Assembly: GCA_000092065.1 (NCBI GenBank) | Contig: CP000583.1 | DNA length: 64,000 bases | Strand: one strand, 5' to 3' | DNA from: Ostreococcus lucimarinus | Taxonomy: Eukaryota | Part shown: one piece after another, positions 29,300-38,805 of the stretch | Layout of the letters: every line of letters starts with the position of its first letter | Position numbering within the stretch: position 1 is the first letter of the stretch | Notes under the pieces: model-generated | Told to the model about the DNA's origin: nothing | Databases searched by the model: none | What the model saw: only the letters and a program-made list of their open reading frames with translations | Position numbers and translations under genes: made by a program

Positions 29300-32200
29300 A
29301 TGCGCGCGGCGCCGGGCGACGACGAGGTGATGCGCGACTACGTCCAGCGCCTGGCGGCGCGGCAGATGGAGGCGCGACGCGAGCGGAAACCGCGCGCGCC
29401 GCGAAGAGAGCGCGCGCGCGTCGTCGACGCGGCTCGACCGCGAGACGAGGAGGACGACGCGCGACGACGCGTCGACGCGCTGGACGCGAGCGGTGCGGAC
29501 GGCGAGGGCGACGCGAGGGACGCGGAGTACGAGCGGTACGCGCCGACGCACGGAACGATCGCGGGAGGACCGCATCCGGATCCGGTGGTGGAGACGGGAA
29601 CGCTGGCCAAGGTGGCGCCGCCGAAGCCGACGTACGAACACGGGATACGGGATCTGTGCGACAGCGGTGGACTGAGCGCGCTGCAGATGGAGTGCGTGAC
29701 GTACGCGTGCATGCGACACGAGCAGAGACTGCCGGGAGAGCGAAATGAAAGGGCGGGATTTTTCTTGGGAGACGGCGCGGGCGTGGGGAAGGGACGACAG
29801 ATCGCGGGATTGGTGTACGAACACGTGCGACGGGGAGGGAGACGGGTGCTGTGGGTGAGCACGAGCGCGGATTTGAGGTACGACGCCGAGCGGGATTTGA
29901 ACGATTTGAACGCGAAACCAAAGGTTGAGGTGATTCCTAAAAATACCGCGGCGATGCCGCGCGGAGACTTGAGCGAGCACCTCGACTCGGGCGTCGTGTT
30001 TTCCACGTACTCTTTGCTCACGCAGGGCACGGCGAAAGTCAAGAAGGACAAGTATTCGAACAATGACGAGATTCTGAAGATGATCACCAAGAACAGCCGA
30101 CTGGAGCAGTTTGTGACGTGGCTCAAGGAGGATGAGCGCGGGCCGCTCATAGTTTTTGACGAATGTCACAAGGCCAAGAACTTGTACAACTCGGGTGGCA
30201 AACCGACCAAGACCGCTTTGTGTGTGGTGGCGCTGCAACTCGCGATTCCGGACGCGCGTGTGCTGTATTGCTCCGCCACCGGCGCGAGCGAACCGAGGAA
30301 TTTGGGCTACATGACGCGCCTGGGTCACTTTGGATGGGCCGACACATTCGACATGTTGCAAAAGCTCGAGAGCGCGGGTCTGGGTGCGTTGGAGATGTTC
30401 GCGTGCGGGCTCAAGGCCACGGGAAGCTATCTTTGTAGGACGCTTTCGTACGAGCAGGCGGAGTTTGAACTCGTCGATTGTCCGATTTCGGAAGAGTTGA
30501 AAATGATGTACAATCGTAGCACCGAGTTGTGGGTCTTGTTCAAAAAAGTTGACGAAGCGATTTCCAAGTTACGCGGCATGGGCGGTGAAGAGTGGGTGAC
30601 CGCGAACGAGAAGAGCGCCAAAGCGCTCAACAGATTGTTTTGGGCGACGCACCAGCGATTTTACCGTCAGATGTTGCTATGCGCAAAAGTTCCTGAACTC
30701 GCGAAGCTCGCTCGAAAAGCCGTCACGCAGGAAAACTTGGCTGTTGTGATCGGACTTCAGAGCACTGGTGAAGCCAGCCTCACGCGCATGGCTGACGAAG
30801 CGAACGATGAAGATGACGAAGACTTCGTCAGCTCTCCCGCTGAGATGCTCACGAACTATCTCAAGAACAATTTCCCCACAACTTCGTGCCGCGCGTCTGC
30901 GAACAACGCCAGACTTTGGGACACTGTTTTGGCCGATGTTGTGCGCGTCGTCAACACGTGGTGCTCGCAAGAAACCATCGTCGAAGTGCTTGGTCGTAAT
31001 CCGCTTGATGACAACGTCCCAGCTGCGAACGCGGTTGGTGCCGCGGCGAGGGATGATGACATCGAAGTCGTGCATGAGAAAGGGCTGGACGAGGTGCTCG
31101 CCGAGCGCTTAGAGGCGGCCAAACTCGCCGGCAACTTTCTAGATTTGACGGATGACGACATCGAACGACGCGCGCGAAATGGGGTCAACGAGGCTCAGAT
31201 ACGCGATCTCGAGCGCATGGAGGAAGCAAACGCTGCGAATGAGCAGGCGCGACGAGATCGTCTGATTGCTGAGGAACGTCAGCTGGCAGAGTTGAATCGT
31301 CGACGCGTTGAAGAAGCTTTGGCCGCGGCGCCGTCGCCGAGTTCGAACGATGAAAATTTGCCGCCTCCGATGAGTCCACCGCCAGAACGACAAGCGCTCG
31401 TGGAAAATCGTCAGCAGATTTCACAGTCGGGAAATAAGAGATCTTCTCGGAGCGATGATGGTTCGGATCTGCCGCCCAATCCGCGACAGAAGGTTGCCGG
31501 CGCAATTCGCGACGTCGACATCATCGAGATAGACCTTACTTCTTCAGATGATGAGTCGCGAGATGCTTTCAATTCAAGTGTGCAGAAACGTCGAGAAGAG
31601 TTCGCGCGCAACGGTCAGATACTCAGTGGTGCCGCGCATACTATGGATATTCCGGCGCCGGCTCGTCCCGACGCTCCCGTCGCTTCTGGCTCTGGGATGC
31701 ACTTTTCCCGGGCAAACGCGCCTGATCCGCCCAAACCGGCCGTGAACGCTCTTGAACGACTACGCCGTTTCGTTCCAGCAGATCACGCTCCACCGCGCGA
31801 CGCGCCTCGCGCGAATGCAGGTGTTGTCCGAGTGAAACCCGAGCCTGTTCAAGGAGATCGCCGCCGCGCCGCCGCGCCGGTGAACCTTAAGGACGAGTTC
31901 GCCAACGCAGACGCGGAAGATTCAGACAGCGACGGCGCGCGAGAAGAGCTCTCGGATATGGACGAACCATTACCTGACGATGACGTCGAAAACCAGCATC
32001 TCGTGCACATCCGCGCTCTTTTGCTTCGAGCGGTCGACTCGTTGCAGCTTCCACCAAATCCGCTCGACAATCTCATCGCGCTCTGCGGTGGACACGAGCA
32101 CGTCGCCGAGATGACTGGCCGAAAGCTGCATCAGGTCCGACAGGAGAACGGCAAAATTATGACTCGAAAGCGTATGGACGATACGGACGCCGCGAACGCC

Positions 32201-33763
32201 AAGCTGATGAACATGACCGAGAAGAGAAAGTTCCAACAAGGTGAAAAACTCATCGCGATCATCTCCGACGCGGCGAGCACCGGTATTTCTCTCCAGGCGG
32301 ATAAACGTGTCCAAAATCAGCGTCGACGATGCCATATGACGCTTGAGCTTCCCTGGAGCGCTGATAAGGCAATTCAGCAGTTCGGTCGTTCTCACCGGTC
32401 GAATCAGTCGAGTGCTCCGCTCTATCGCATTCTCATGACGCCGTGCGGTGGCGAACGACGCTTCGCGTCCAGTGCAGCCAAACGTCTTCTTTCGCTCGGC
32501 GCCTTGCTCAAGGGTGATCGACGCGCGCTCGGCGCCGGCCAAAGTCTGCAAGCGTTTGACATAGATAACGCATACGGCTCTGAAGCGCTGAAGCGCATGA
32601 TTTCTGATCTCAAGCGCGACACCGATCCCATGCCGACTGTGCAGTACACGGAGGCGCAGCTTGACGCCATCATCAACATCATTCGAGGCGAGCTCGTGAA
32701 AGTCGGTCTCGCCGACGAAGACAATGGCGACGGGAGGTTTACACTCAAAGGCAACAAAACTAAAAATTCTGGTCTGAAGATCTCCACATTTTTGAATCGT
32801 CTTCTCGGGATGCCTATCGAAATGCAAGAAATTGCATTCGACTACTTTACGCAAACGTTTGAAGGCGTCATCAAGGATCATAAACAACGTGGCAAGTATG
32901 ACTCGGGCGTGACGAATATTACCGGTCAGAGCATCGTCTCAAAGCCAGAACACAACAAAGTTGTTCACAAGTGTCCGACATCTGGTGCTGAGACCAACGT
33001 TCGCTTAGTGGTCAGCGACTCCGGCGTTAAATATCGTCAAGTGTGCGCCATGATGCGCGATTACGAAGAGAATCGAGAGGCCTTGTTCGAAGGATCAAAC
33101 CAGCGTGGACTGTGTGGATTCTACATCGCGACGTACGGGACTATGGCCAAGACGAACCGACCGAACGTCTGTTACGCGCATGAAATTAGGAACATGGGCC
33201 AGCAGAATCAAAATTCGATCAAGAATCCGCAAATGCAGATCACGCGTGCGAATAAGCTCAACGCTTCAAAGATGGACCTGGACAACTTGCAGGCAAACTA
33301 CAAGAGAGTAGAACTTACCGATATTGACGGCGTGCTTCGTTTTCGTGAGCTGTGGAACTTTTGGTATGACTTCTTCAAATCCACGTGTGTGCACGGCAAA
33401 ACGTGTAAGCAGGGTGTAGGGAGGCGGATGTGCGACGCCGGGAAACGTTTCCGGAACGATCTGCTCATTTGCGGCGCCGTGTTACCGGTATGGAATCAGA
33501 TAAATGACCAATTCAAGGGTATGGTGGCCACGGAAGAAGGAACTGTTCGCGAAACTCATTTGAAAGTGATGCGCGCGCAGACCACGCTTGGCGAAAAGAT
33601 TGTCGGATTGAAGCTCGCGTCCATCGCAGTCGAAGATTTTGACGATTACGTTCGATCACTGCAAACCACGATTGAAGACAGAACCAAAGGAGGAGTTGGC
33701 CATGAACGACATGGCGGCGAAATTCACTATGACGAATATTACGATGACGACGATCTGTATTGA
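29300..33763 (+). CDS. SBNO: Strawberry notch (SBNO)-like DExH helicase-related protein
   Basis: P-loop block FFLGDGAGVGKGRQIAGLVYEHVRRGGRRVLWVSTSADLRYDAERDLNDL and DExH box FDECHKAKNL. Helicase-C-like block (IISDAASTGISLQADKR...HMTLELPWSADKAIQQFGRSHRSNQ). Conserved SBNO N-terminal region (HPDPVVETGTLAKVAPPKPTY...LSALQMECVTYACMRH). ATG at 29300. The upstream 216 codons of the ORF-track entry are an R-rich artefact. Confidence 0.8.
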   Translation: MRAAPGDDEVMRDYVQRLAARQMEARRERKPRAPRRERARVVDAARPRDEEDDARRRVDALDASGADGEGDARDAEYERYAPTHGTIAGGPHPDPVVETGTLAKVAPPKPTYEHGIRDLCDSGGLSALQMECVTYACMRHEQRLPGERNERAGFFLGDGAGVGKGRQIAGLVYEHVRRGGRRVLWVSTSADLRYDAERDLNDLNAKPKVEVIPKNTAAMPRGDLSEHLDSGVVFSTYSLLTQGTAKVKKDKYSNNDEILKMITKNSRLEQFVTWLKEDERGPLIVFDECHKAKNLYNSGGKPTKTALCVVALQLAIPDARVLYCSATGASEPRNLGYMTRLGHFGWADTFDMLQKLESAGLGALEMFACGLKATGSYLCRTLSYEQAEFELVDCPISEELKMMYNRSTELWVLFKKVDEAISKLRGMGGEEWVTANEKSAKALNRLFWATHQRFYRQMLLCAKVPELAKLARKAVTQENLAVVIGLQSTGEASLTRMADEANDEDDEDFVSSPAEMLTNYLKNNFPTTSCRASANNARLWDTVLADVVRVVNTWCSQETIVEVLGRNPLDDNVPAANAVGAAARDDDIEVVHEKGLDEVLAERLEAAKLAGNFLDLTDDDIERRARNGVNEAQIRDLERMEEANAANEQARRDRLIAEERQLAELNRRRVEEALAAAPSPSSNDENLPPPMSPPPERQALVENRQQISQSGNKRSSRSDDGSDLPPNPRQKVAGAIRDVDIIEIDLTSSDDESRDAFNSSVQKRREEFARNGQILSGAAHTMDIPAPARPDAPVASGSGMHFSRANAPDPPKPAVNALERLRRFVPADHAPPRDAPRANAGVVRVKPEPVQGDRRRAAAPVNLKDEFANADAEDSDSDGAREELSDMDEPLPDDDVENQHLVHIRALLLRAVDSLQLPPNPLDNLIALCGGHEHVAEMTGRKLHQVRQENGKIMTRKRMDDTDAANAKLMNMTEKRKFQQGEKLIAIISDAASTGISLQADKRVQNQRRRCHMTLELPWSADKAIQQFGRSHRSNQSSAPLYRILMTPCGGERRFASSAAKRLLSLGALLKGDRRALGAGQSLQAFDIDNAYGSEALKRMISDLKRDTDPMPTVQYTEAQLDAIINIIRGELVKVGLADEDNGDGRFTLKGNKTKNSGLKISTFLNRLLGMPIEMQEIAFDYFTQTFEGVIKDHKQRGKYDSGVTNITGQSIVSKPEHNKVVHKCPTSGAETNVRLVVSDSGVKYRQVCAMMRDYEENREALFEGSNQRGLCGFYIATYGTMAKTNRPNVCYAHEIRNMGQQNQNSIKNPQMQITRANKLNASKMDLDNLQANYKRVELTDIDGVLRFRELWNFWYDFFKSTCVHGKTCKQGVGRRMCDAGKRFRNDLLICGAVLPVWNQINDQFKGMVATEEGTVRETHLKVMRAQTTLGEKIVGLKLASIAVEDFDDYVRSLQTTIEDRTKGGVGHERHGGEIHYDEYYDDDDLY

Positions 33764-33902
33764 ACACACAAACTGCGAACGGCGTAAACGTCGACGAACG
33801 CTGAAAAATGCTAAACGTCGCGTTACGTCGAAAAGCTCCGCGCGGAGCTCGTAGATAGCTACAACACTACACTAGAACGATTGAATTGAAATTTGTACAC
33901 CA

Positions 33903-35399
33903 TCAACGCACGCTCGACGCGACAGACTTCGCCGGCAAAGCGATGCAGCCGCTCGCGTCGCATCGCAACACGACCTTCGCCACGACGTCGGCGCCATACG
34001 GAATCGTCGTGTGACCAGTCATTATCCATGCACCATCGGTGTCATCGCGTTCGAAAGTCTGCGTGCAGAGTAGAGTCGCGCCATTGGCGACGGTTTCTAA
34101 TCCAGTGAGCGTTGCGAGGCCCTTTTCGATCGTCACGTCGAGGTCGCTCACTATGATACCCTGCGGTCGGCGATCTGGTCGCAAAACAACGTCCCATCCA
34201 TCGAGACGCGCACCCTTATCGACAAGCGGCGCCAGCGCGCTCTGTCGCGTCTTACTCTTTGACCAAATAGCCGCCATCGCTTCTTCGTCGCCCTCGCCCA
34301 GGGCGCGATAAAAGCCTTCGTGTATGGCGACGATTTCGCTCAATTCGGGCACGTCGCGTGGAAGCGCTTGCGAAATCGCGCCGCGCCCACCGCCCGAGGC
34401 GATTCGAGTGCCTTCCTCCTTCGACGTGAGCGCCTCGGACGAATCTAATGTCGCGCGTTTCCACGCTTTCTCCGCCTCTTCATCTTGTTTGTTCCCCGGC
34501 CGGTTCCGAGGAAACGTGCTCAACAAAACATCCCAATTCGGCGCGCCCACGCCAGAGCCGCGAATCATGCCGCTCGTGGAAATGGTCAAGTACCCGCCCG
34601 ACGCCGCCGCGTCACCCATCAGTCGCCGGAAATACCCGCTCCAATCGTCGTTTCGCGTCGGCCACGCGAGCCATCTTCCCGCGCCGGCGCCCGGAAACGC
34701 CTTAACGACGTCCTTCAAAAGCTCCCACCGTCCCGGTCCGACGTCCGCGACGGCCGACGTCGCCGCCGCGCTCTCGCGCTCGACCACGGGCACGACTAAA
34801 ATCCGACTCTGTTCCAACCGCCGTCGATACGGCGTCGCCGCCATCAAATCTCGCTCCACTTTCGCCGCGTCGCCGTACACCACCGCGACGCGCGCCACGT
34901 CCCGCAGCTCCCCCAGCGCGAACCTCGTCTCCTCCCGAAACTTATTCCTCTGAATCACCGTCATCTTCCCCAGCGCCAGCTCTCGCTGCAACCGCTCCAG
35001 ATCTTTCTTCCGCTTATCCGCGTCAACCTTGGCGAGCGTCGCGCACGCCGCGAGCCCGCCCGCGTTCTCCAGCAGCGCCGCCGTCGCCTCGGCGCTCCCG
35101 CCGCTCCGCGCCGCGTCGCCGATCGAGCTCGGCAGCGACAGCGCGAGTCCGAGCGCGAGCGAGCCGACGAGCGTCAGTCGCGGGTAGAACCACGCCGCGC
35201 GCGACTCCCACGTGCGCAGCGTCGCGTCGTCGAAGCGACCGCCGCTGAGCGCATCGGTGCGCGCGTCGTCGCGCGCGCGCTCGACGACGACGTCGTCGTC
35301 GCGACGCGACGCGCGCGAGGACGCGCCGCGCGCGCGGTCGCGCGCGACGCGCGCGCGACGCGGCGTCGCGCGACGCGGCGACGACGCGACGACGCGCAT
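33903..35399 (-). CDS. Hypothetical protein with an N-terminal hydrophobic segment and a C-terminal NTF2/SnoaL-like domain. Probably organellar.
   Basis: R/A/S-rich presequence and a TM-like WFYPRLTLVGSLALGLALSL. The C-terminal AIHEGFYRALGEGDEEAMAAIWSKS...WDVVLRPDRRPQGIIVSDLDVTIEKG...DGAWIMTGHTT resembles the NTF2-like (DUF4440/SnoaL) fold. Confidence 0.5.
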   Translation of the reverse strand: MRVVASSPRRATPRRARVARDRARGASSRASRRDDDVVVERARDDARTDALSGGRFDDATLRTWESRAAWFYPRLTLVGSLALGLALSLPSSIGDAARSGGSAEATAALLENAGGLAACATLAKVDADKRKKDLERLQRELALGKMTVIQRNKFREETRFALGELRDVARVAVVYGDAAKVERDLMAATPYRRRLEQSRILVVPVVERESAAATSAVADVGPGRWELLKDVVKAFPGAGAGRWLAWPTRNDDWSGYFRRLMGDAAASGGYLTISTSGMIRGSGVGAPNWDVLLSTFPRNRPGNKQDEEAEKAWKRATLDSSEALTSKEEGTRIASGGGRGAISQALPRDVPELSEIVAIHEGFYRALGEGDEEAMAAIWSKSKTRQSALAPLVDKGARLDGWDVVLRPDRRPQGIIVSDLDVTIEKGLATLTGLETVANGATLLCTQTFERDDTDGAWIMTGHTTIPYGADVVAKVVLRCDASGCIALPAKSVASSVR

Positions 35400-35407
35400 C
35401 GACGTCG

Positions 35408-36517
35408 ATGAGTGACGACGACGCGCGGACGCACTTCGCGCCGCGTCGAGCGCGCGCGATGCGCGCGACGACGGCGACGACGGCGACGGCGAACGCGCCG
35501 CGCGCGCGCGCGAGCGACGGCGACGGCGACGCGCGACGGCGACGCGCGACGCGGCGACGCGACGGCGAGCGCGCCGCGAAAAAAGATGACGACGCGGCGT
35601 CGCGGCGCGCGACGTGCGCGGCGGCGGCGCTGACGGTGGCGATGGCGACGACGACGCACGCGCGACCGGTGCGGGCGTACGCCGATCGACGCACGGTGGT
35701 GCGGCGAGAGATAAAGCGCGAGGACTTTGAGTCGCTGCGAGACTTTGAACGCGCGAGGAGCGGCGAACGCGCGAGCGAGTCGGCGAAAGATTCCGAGCGA
35801 GGGATTCCCGTGACGCTGAGCAGCTCGAGCGAGGGCGAGAACGAGAGCGCGATGATGTACACGGAGCCGCCGAGACGGGCGACGGCGCGGAGGAAGGGGG
35901 CGTTCGACGCGCGACGGGCGGCGAGCGCGGCGTTTCAATGGAGCGTCATAGGGGGAGTGGTGTACAGCGTGCGCCGGGCGCAGAGACGGTCGGAAGACGT
36001 GTCGAAGAATCTCGCGCGACGGTTCGCGTACGCCGACGCGGAGCCTGACGCGCTCGTGGGGACGCGTTGGCGCGTGTACGCGGACATAGGACGAGAATCG
36101 GGCACCTGGATGCCCCCGGCGTGGGGGCAATCCGGCATGCGTTTGGTGTGTCCGATCGCCATCGAGTTTAAAGACAACGGCGTCGTCGAACCCATCGCAA
36201 CGGGCGCGTTCACGCCGACGAAGTTTGAAGCGGGCACGTGGAGCATTGACGGTGACACGCTGCGGTTCAACCTGAAGATGGTCGGCGGCTTGCGGCGAGG
36301 CGACATCGAATTCGGCGAAGAGTCGCTGTACTTTAAAACCTTGGCCTGGGGCGATAAAGTCAGCGCGAACAAAGGCCGCATGCTCGTGAACCAAACTCGG
36401 TTCTTAATCCGTCGCGAATGGCGTTCGGTGGGGACGTTTAAGACGGAGCGCATCGCCGCCGACGAAGACGCCGGCGCGCAACTCGTGCCGCCCATGCGCG
36501 TTCGCGTGCCCGAATGA
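35408..36517 (+). CDS. Hypothetical protein
   Basis: ATG at 35408, 9 bp from the divergent gene's start. The C-terminal 200 aa have normal composition (WRVYADIGRESGTWMPPAWGQSGMRLVCPIAIEFKDNG...). The N-terminal 100 aa are R/A/T-rich low complexity, possibly a presequence. Confidence 0.45.
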   Translation: MSDDDARTHFAPRRARAMRATTATTATANAPRARASDGDGDARRRRATRRRDGERAAKKDDDAASRRATCAAAALTVAMATTTHARPVRAYADRRTVVRREIKREDFESLRDFERARSGERASESAKDSERGIPVTLSSSSEGENESAMMYTEPPRRATARRKGAFDARRAASAAFQWSVIGGVVYSVRRAQRRSEDVSKNLARRFAYADAEPDALVGTRWRVYADIGRESGTWMPPAWGQSGMRLVCPIAIEFKDNGVVEPIATGAFTPTKFEAGTWSIDGDTLRFNLKMVGGLRRGDIEFGEESLYFKTLAWGDKVSANKGRMLVNQTRFLIRREWRSVGTFKTERIAADEDAGAQLVPPMRVRVPE

Positions 36518-36593
36518 GCGGCGACGGTGCACACGCGCACGAAATGAATGAATATTATCATAGTTTTAGGGTTCATACCCCCGTAGTCTACTT

Positions 36594-37145
36594 TTACCCC
36601 GAAATTTGCCTGCTCTCGCACCACGCCGCGATTTCCTCCACCGTCGCCTCCATCGCGTCCGCGTTCGCGTTCGCTCGCACCCAAACCTCCTCGTACGCCT
36701 CCTTCGCCTCCTCCACGACGACTTGAAAGATGTCACACTCCACATTTTCCCGTATCTTCTTTTCCGAGTACCCTCGCGCCGCCAACCGATCGTACAGCGT
36801 CGCCGTGTCGTCCACCAGCGTCAGGCACGTCACCAAGTCGAACCACCGCTCCGGGAACAGCTCGCACGAGTGATAATCCACCACGCACGCCTCCCCTCGC
36901 GCCGCGTGCCCCTCGAGCAGGTCTTCCATGCGATCCAACAGCGCGTCCTCGTCCAGCTCGTGCGTGTCCGCGTCCTCGACGTACGCGCCGTGAAAACCTT
37001 CGCGCGCGCACAGCGCCCCGACGTCGATCCTCTTCGCGTCGATTCGCGTCGCCAGCGCGTCCGCGAGCGTCGTCTTGCCCGCGCCCGGGACGCCGGTGAC
37101 GAGGATGAACGGCCTCGCGCGCGTTGCCGCCGTCGTGGGCGCCAT
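36594..37145 (-). CDS. AK6: Adenylate kinase isoenzyme 6 (Fap7/hCINAP)
   Basis: ATG at 37145. Walker A ILVTGVPGAGKTTLADALA and AK6-type collinearity (ACVVDYHSCELFPERWFDLVTCLTLVDDTATLYDRLAARGYSEKKIRENVECDIF). The upstream part of the 463-aa ORF-track entry is an R-rich artefact. Confidence 0.85.
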   Translation of the reverse strand: MAPTTAATRARPFILVTGVPGAGKTTLADALATRIDAKRIDVGALCAREGFHGAYVEDADTHELDEDALLDRMEDLLEGHAARGEACVVDYHSCELFPERWFDLVTCLTLVDDTATLYDRLAARGYSEKKIRENVECDIFQVVVEEAKEAYEEVWVRANANADAMEATVEEIAAWCESRQISG

Positions 37146-37193
37146 GACGCGCTTCCGACGCGCCCGAACGTGCCGCCACTCGCCGTCGCGCCG

Positions 37194-38729
37194 ATGGCGT
37201 CGCTCGTTCGCGTCGACCCGCTGCGACGCGTCGCGGCGAGCGCGGACGACGACCGCGGCGACGACGCGAATCACGACGCGCGCGAGCGCACCGCGGGGCC
37301 GCGCTCGATGCTCGAGGGCGAGGCGCGCGAAGAGACGTACGCGCGGTCGCCGTGCGAGGACCTCGCGCGATTGACGCTCGCGGCGCTCCTGTCCGTCGTC
37401 CAGGCGGCGTGCGCGTGCGCGCTGTGCGCGCTTTACGCGGTGCGCGCGGTGACGCCCGCGCCGGTCGAGCGGTTTACGCGCGCGCGGGCGTTCGACGTCG
37501 CGTACGCGGTGTACGCGAGCGCGCTGGGGCGAGCGGCGCATCGAGGCGCGGTTTCGATGACGCGAGGCGGCGGGACGCACTCGACGGCGCACCCGCCGAT
37601 GGCGTGCGGCGGGAAGTCGGTGATAGTGAGCGTGCCGTTCATGAACGATAATTATTCGTACGTCGTCGTGGATTCGGAAACGCGAGAGGCGTGCGCGATC
37701 GATCCCGCGGATCCCGAGGCGACGCTGGAGTGCGCGAAGAAAATCGGCGCGCGGTTGACGACGGTGTTGACGACGCATAAGCATCACGATCACGCGGGAG
37801 GGAACGGGAGGTTGGTGGCGATGATGGCGGAGGAGGAGAACGGTGCGGTCGCGATGAAGGTGTACGGACACGCGCGAGATGGGTGTCACGGGGTGAACGC
37901 GCGCGTGGAGCACGGGGACGTCGTGCGAGTCGGGCGCGGGACGCGGTTTTTGGTGACGCACGTGCCGTGTCACACGCGCGGGCACGTGGTTTATGGATTA
38001 TTAGGGCAGGAATACGAAGACGATGGCGAGACGGCGCCGTCGCTGGCGGACGTCAAGGCGATGTTCACGGGAGACGCCATCATCAACGGCGGCGTCGGGG
38101 CGTTCTTCCACGGCGACGCCAAGGATTGTTACGAAAATCTTCACGAGCGTCTGGCCGACGTCTCGGACGATTGCTTGGTGTTCAGCGGGCACGAGTACAT
38201 GGAGACCAACTTACGGTTCGCTAAAGCGATCGACGTCGCGGATGAAATCACGGCAAATTGCTTTTTCGCCATTCTGTTGCACCGGCATAAGCGCGCGAGC
38301 ACGATGCCGTCGTCGTTTCGCGTCGAGCGTCGACTCAATCCGTTCTTCAGGTGTCGCGATCGAGAGTACTTGAGAACGCTCGTCGAGACGAAGAAGGAGT
38401 TCGCCAAGGCAAAACAACGACCATGGTGGCACAGATACTTTGGGCCCGACGCGAAAACTCTCGCGGAACGGCGAGAGCGAGAGGTGGAAAACGGCGCGCT
38501 CGCTCGCCTCCTCGCGTCGGCGAATCACGAGTTGGCGGCGACCAAGGAAGAGGCAGTGGCGGGTATGAACATGGTGATAAATTTGATGTCGGATGTGTTC
38601 TCTGAGATAGATGCGAGGAACGGCGACGATGAGGAGCGACGCGTGTTCGTCCAGTACGCGAAGCACGCTGCCGCATCGGGCCACACGCGCGTCGTCGTTT
38701 CGCAGCTCATCGCGCCGGGGCTGGTGTAG
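37194..38729 (+). CDS. Hydroxyacylglutathione hydrolase (glyoxalase II)-like metallo-beta-lactamase with N- and C-terminal extensions
   Basis: VPFMNDNYSYVVVD, then metal-binding TTHKHHDHAGGN, HTRGHV and FTGDAIINGGVGAFFHGD match GloII motifs (THHHWDHAGGN / FTGDTLF.AGCG.FFEG). ATG at 37194, 48 bp from the divergent AK6 start. About 120 aa of N-terminal leader with a Cys/Ala hydrophobic stretch, and about 190 aa of C-terminal extension. Confidence 0.8.
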   Translation: MASLVRVDPLRRVAASADDDRGDDANHDARERTAGPRSMLEGEAREETYARSPCEDLARLTLAALLSVVQAACACALCALYAVRAVTPAPVERFTRARAFDVAYAVYASALGRAAHRGAVSMTRGGGTHSTAHPPMACGGKSVIVSVPFMNDNYSYVVVDSETREACAIDPADPEATLECAKKIGARLTTVLTTHKHHDHAGGNGRLVAMMAEEENGAVAMKVYGHARDGCHGVNARVEHGDVVRVGRGTRFLVTHVPCHTRGHVVYGLLGQEYEDDGETAPSLADVKAMFTGDAIINGGVGAFFHGDAKDCYENLHERLADVSDDCLVFSGHEYMETNLRFAKAIDVADEITANCFFAILLHRHKRASTMPSSFRVERRLNPFFRCRDREYLRTLVETKKEFAKAKQRPWWHRYFGPDAKTLAERREREVENGALARLLASANHELAATKEEAVAGMNMVINLMSDVFSEIDARNGDDEERRVFVQYAKHAAASGHTRVVVSQLIAPGLV

Positions 38730-38805
38730 AGAGGAGGGAGTTTTAGAAGTAGAGAAATGTATTAATCACACGTCGCACGCACGCTCAAATTTTGATTTGA
38801 AACGC

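Noticed and set aside
29219-30361. Upper 380 codons of the 606-aa minus-strand ORF
   Set aside because: Antisense to the Strawberry-notch CDS. R/H/L/V junk composition. Only the lower 225 codons were kept, as a tentative Tim17-like gene.
35174-36394. 406-aa minus ORF and the 279-aa ORF 35023..35862
   Set aside because: More than 35% Arg/Ala with no hydrophobic core. Overlap the plus-strand gene 35408..36517.
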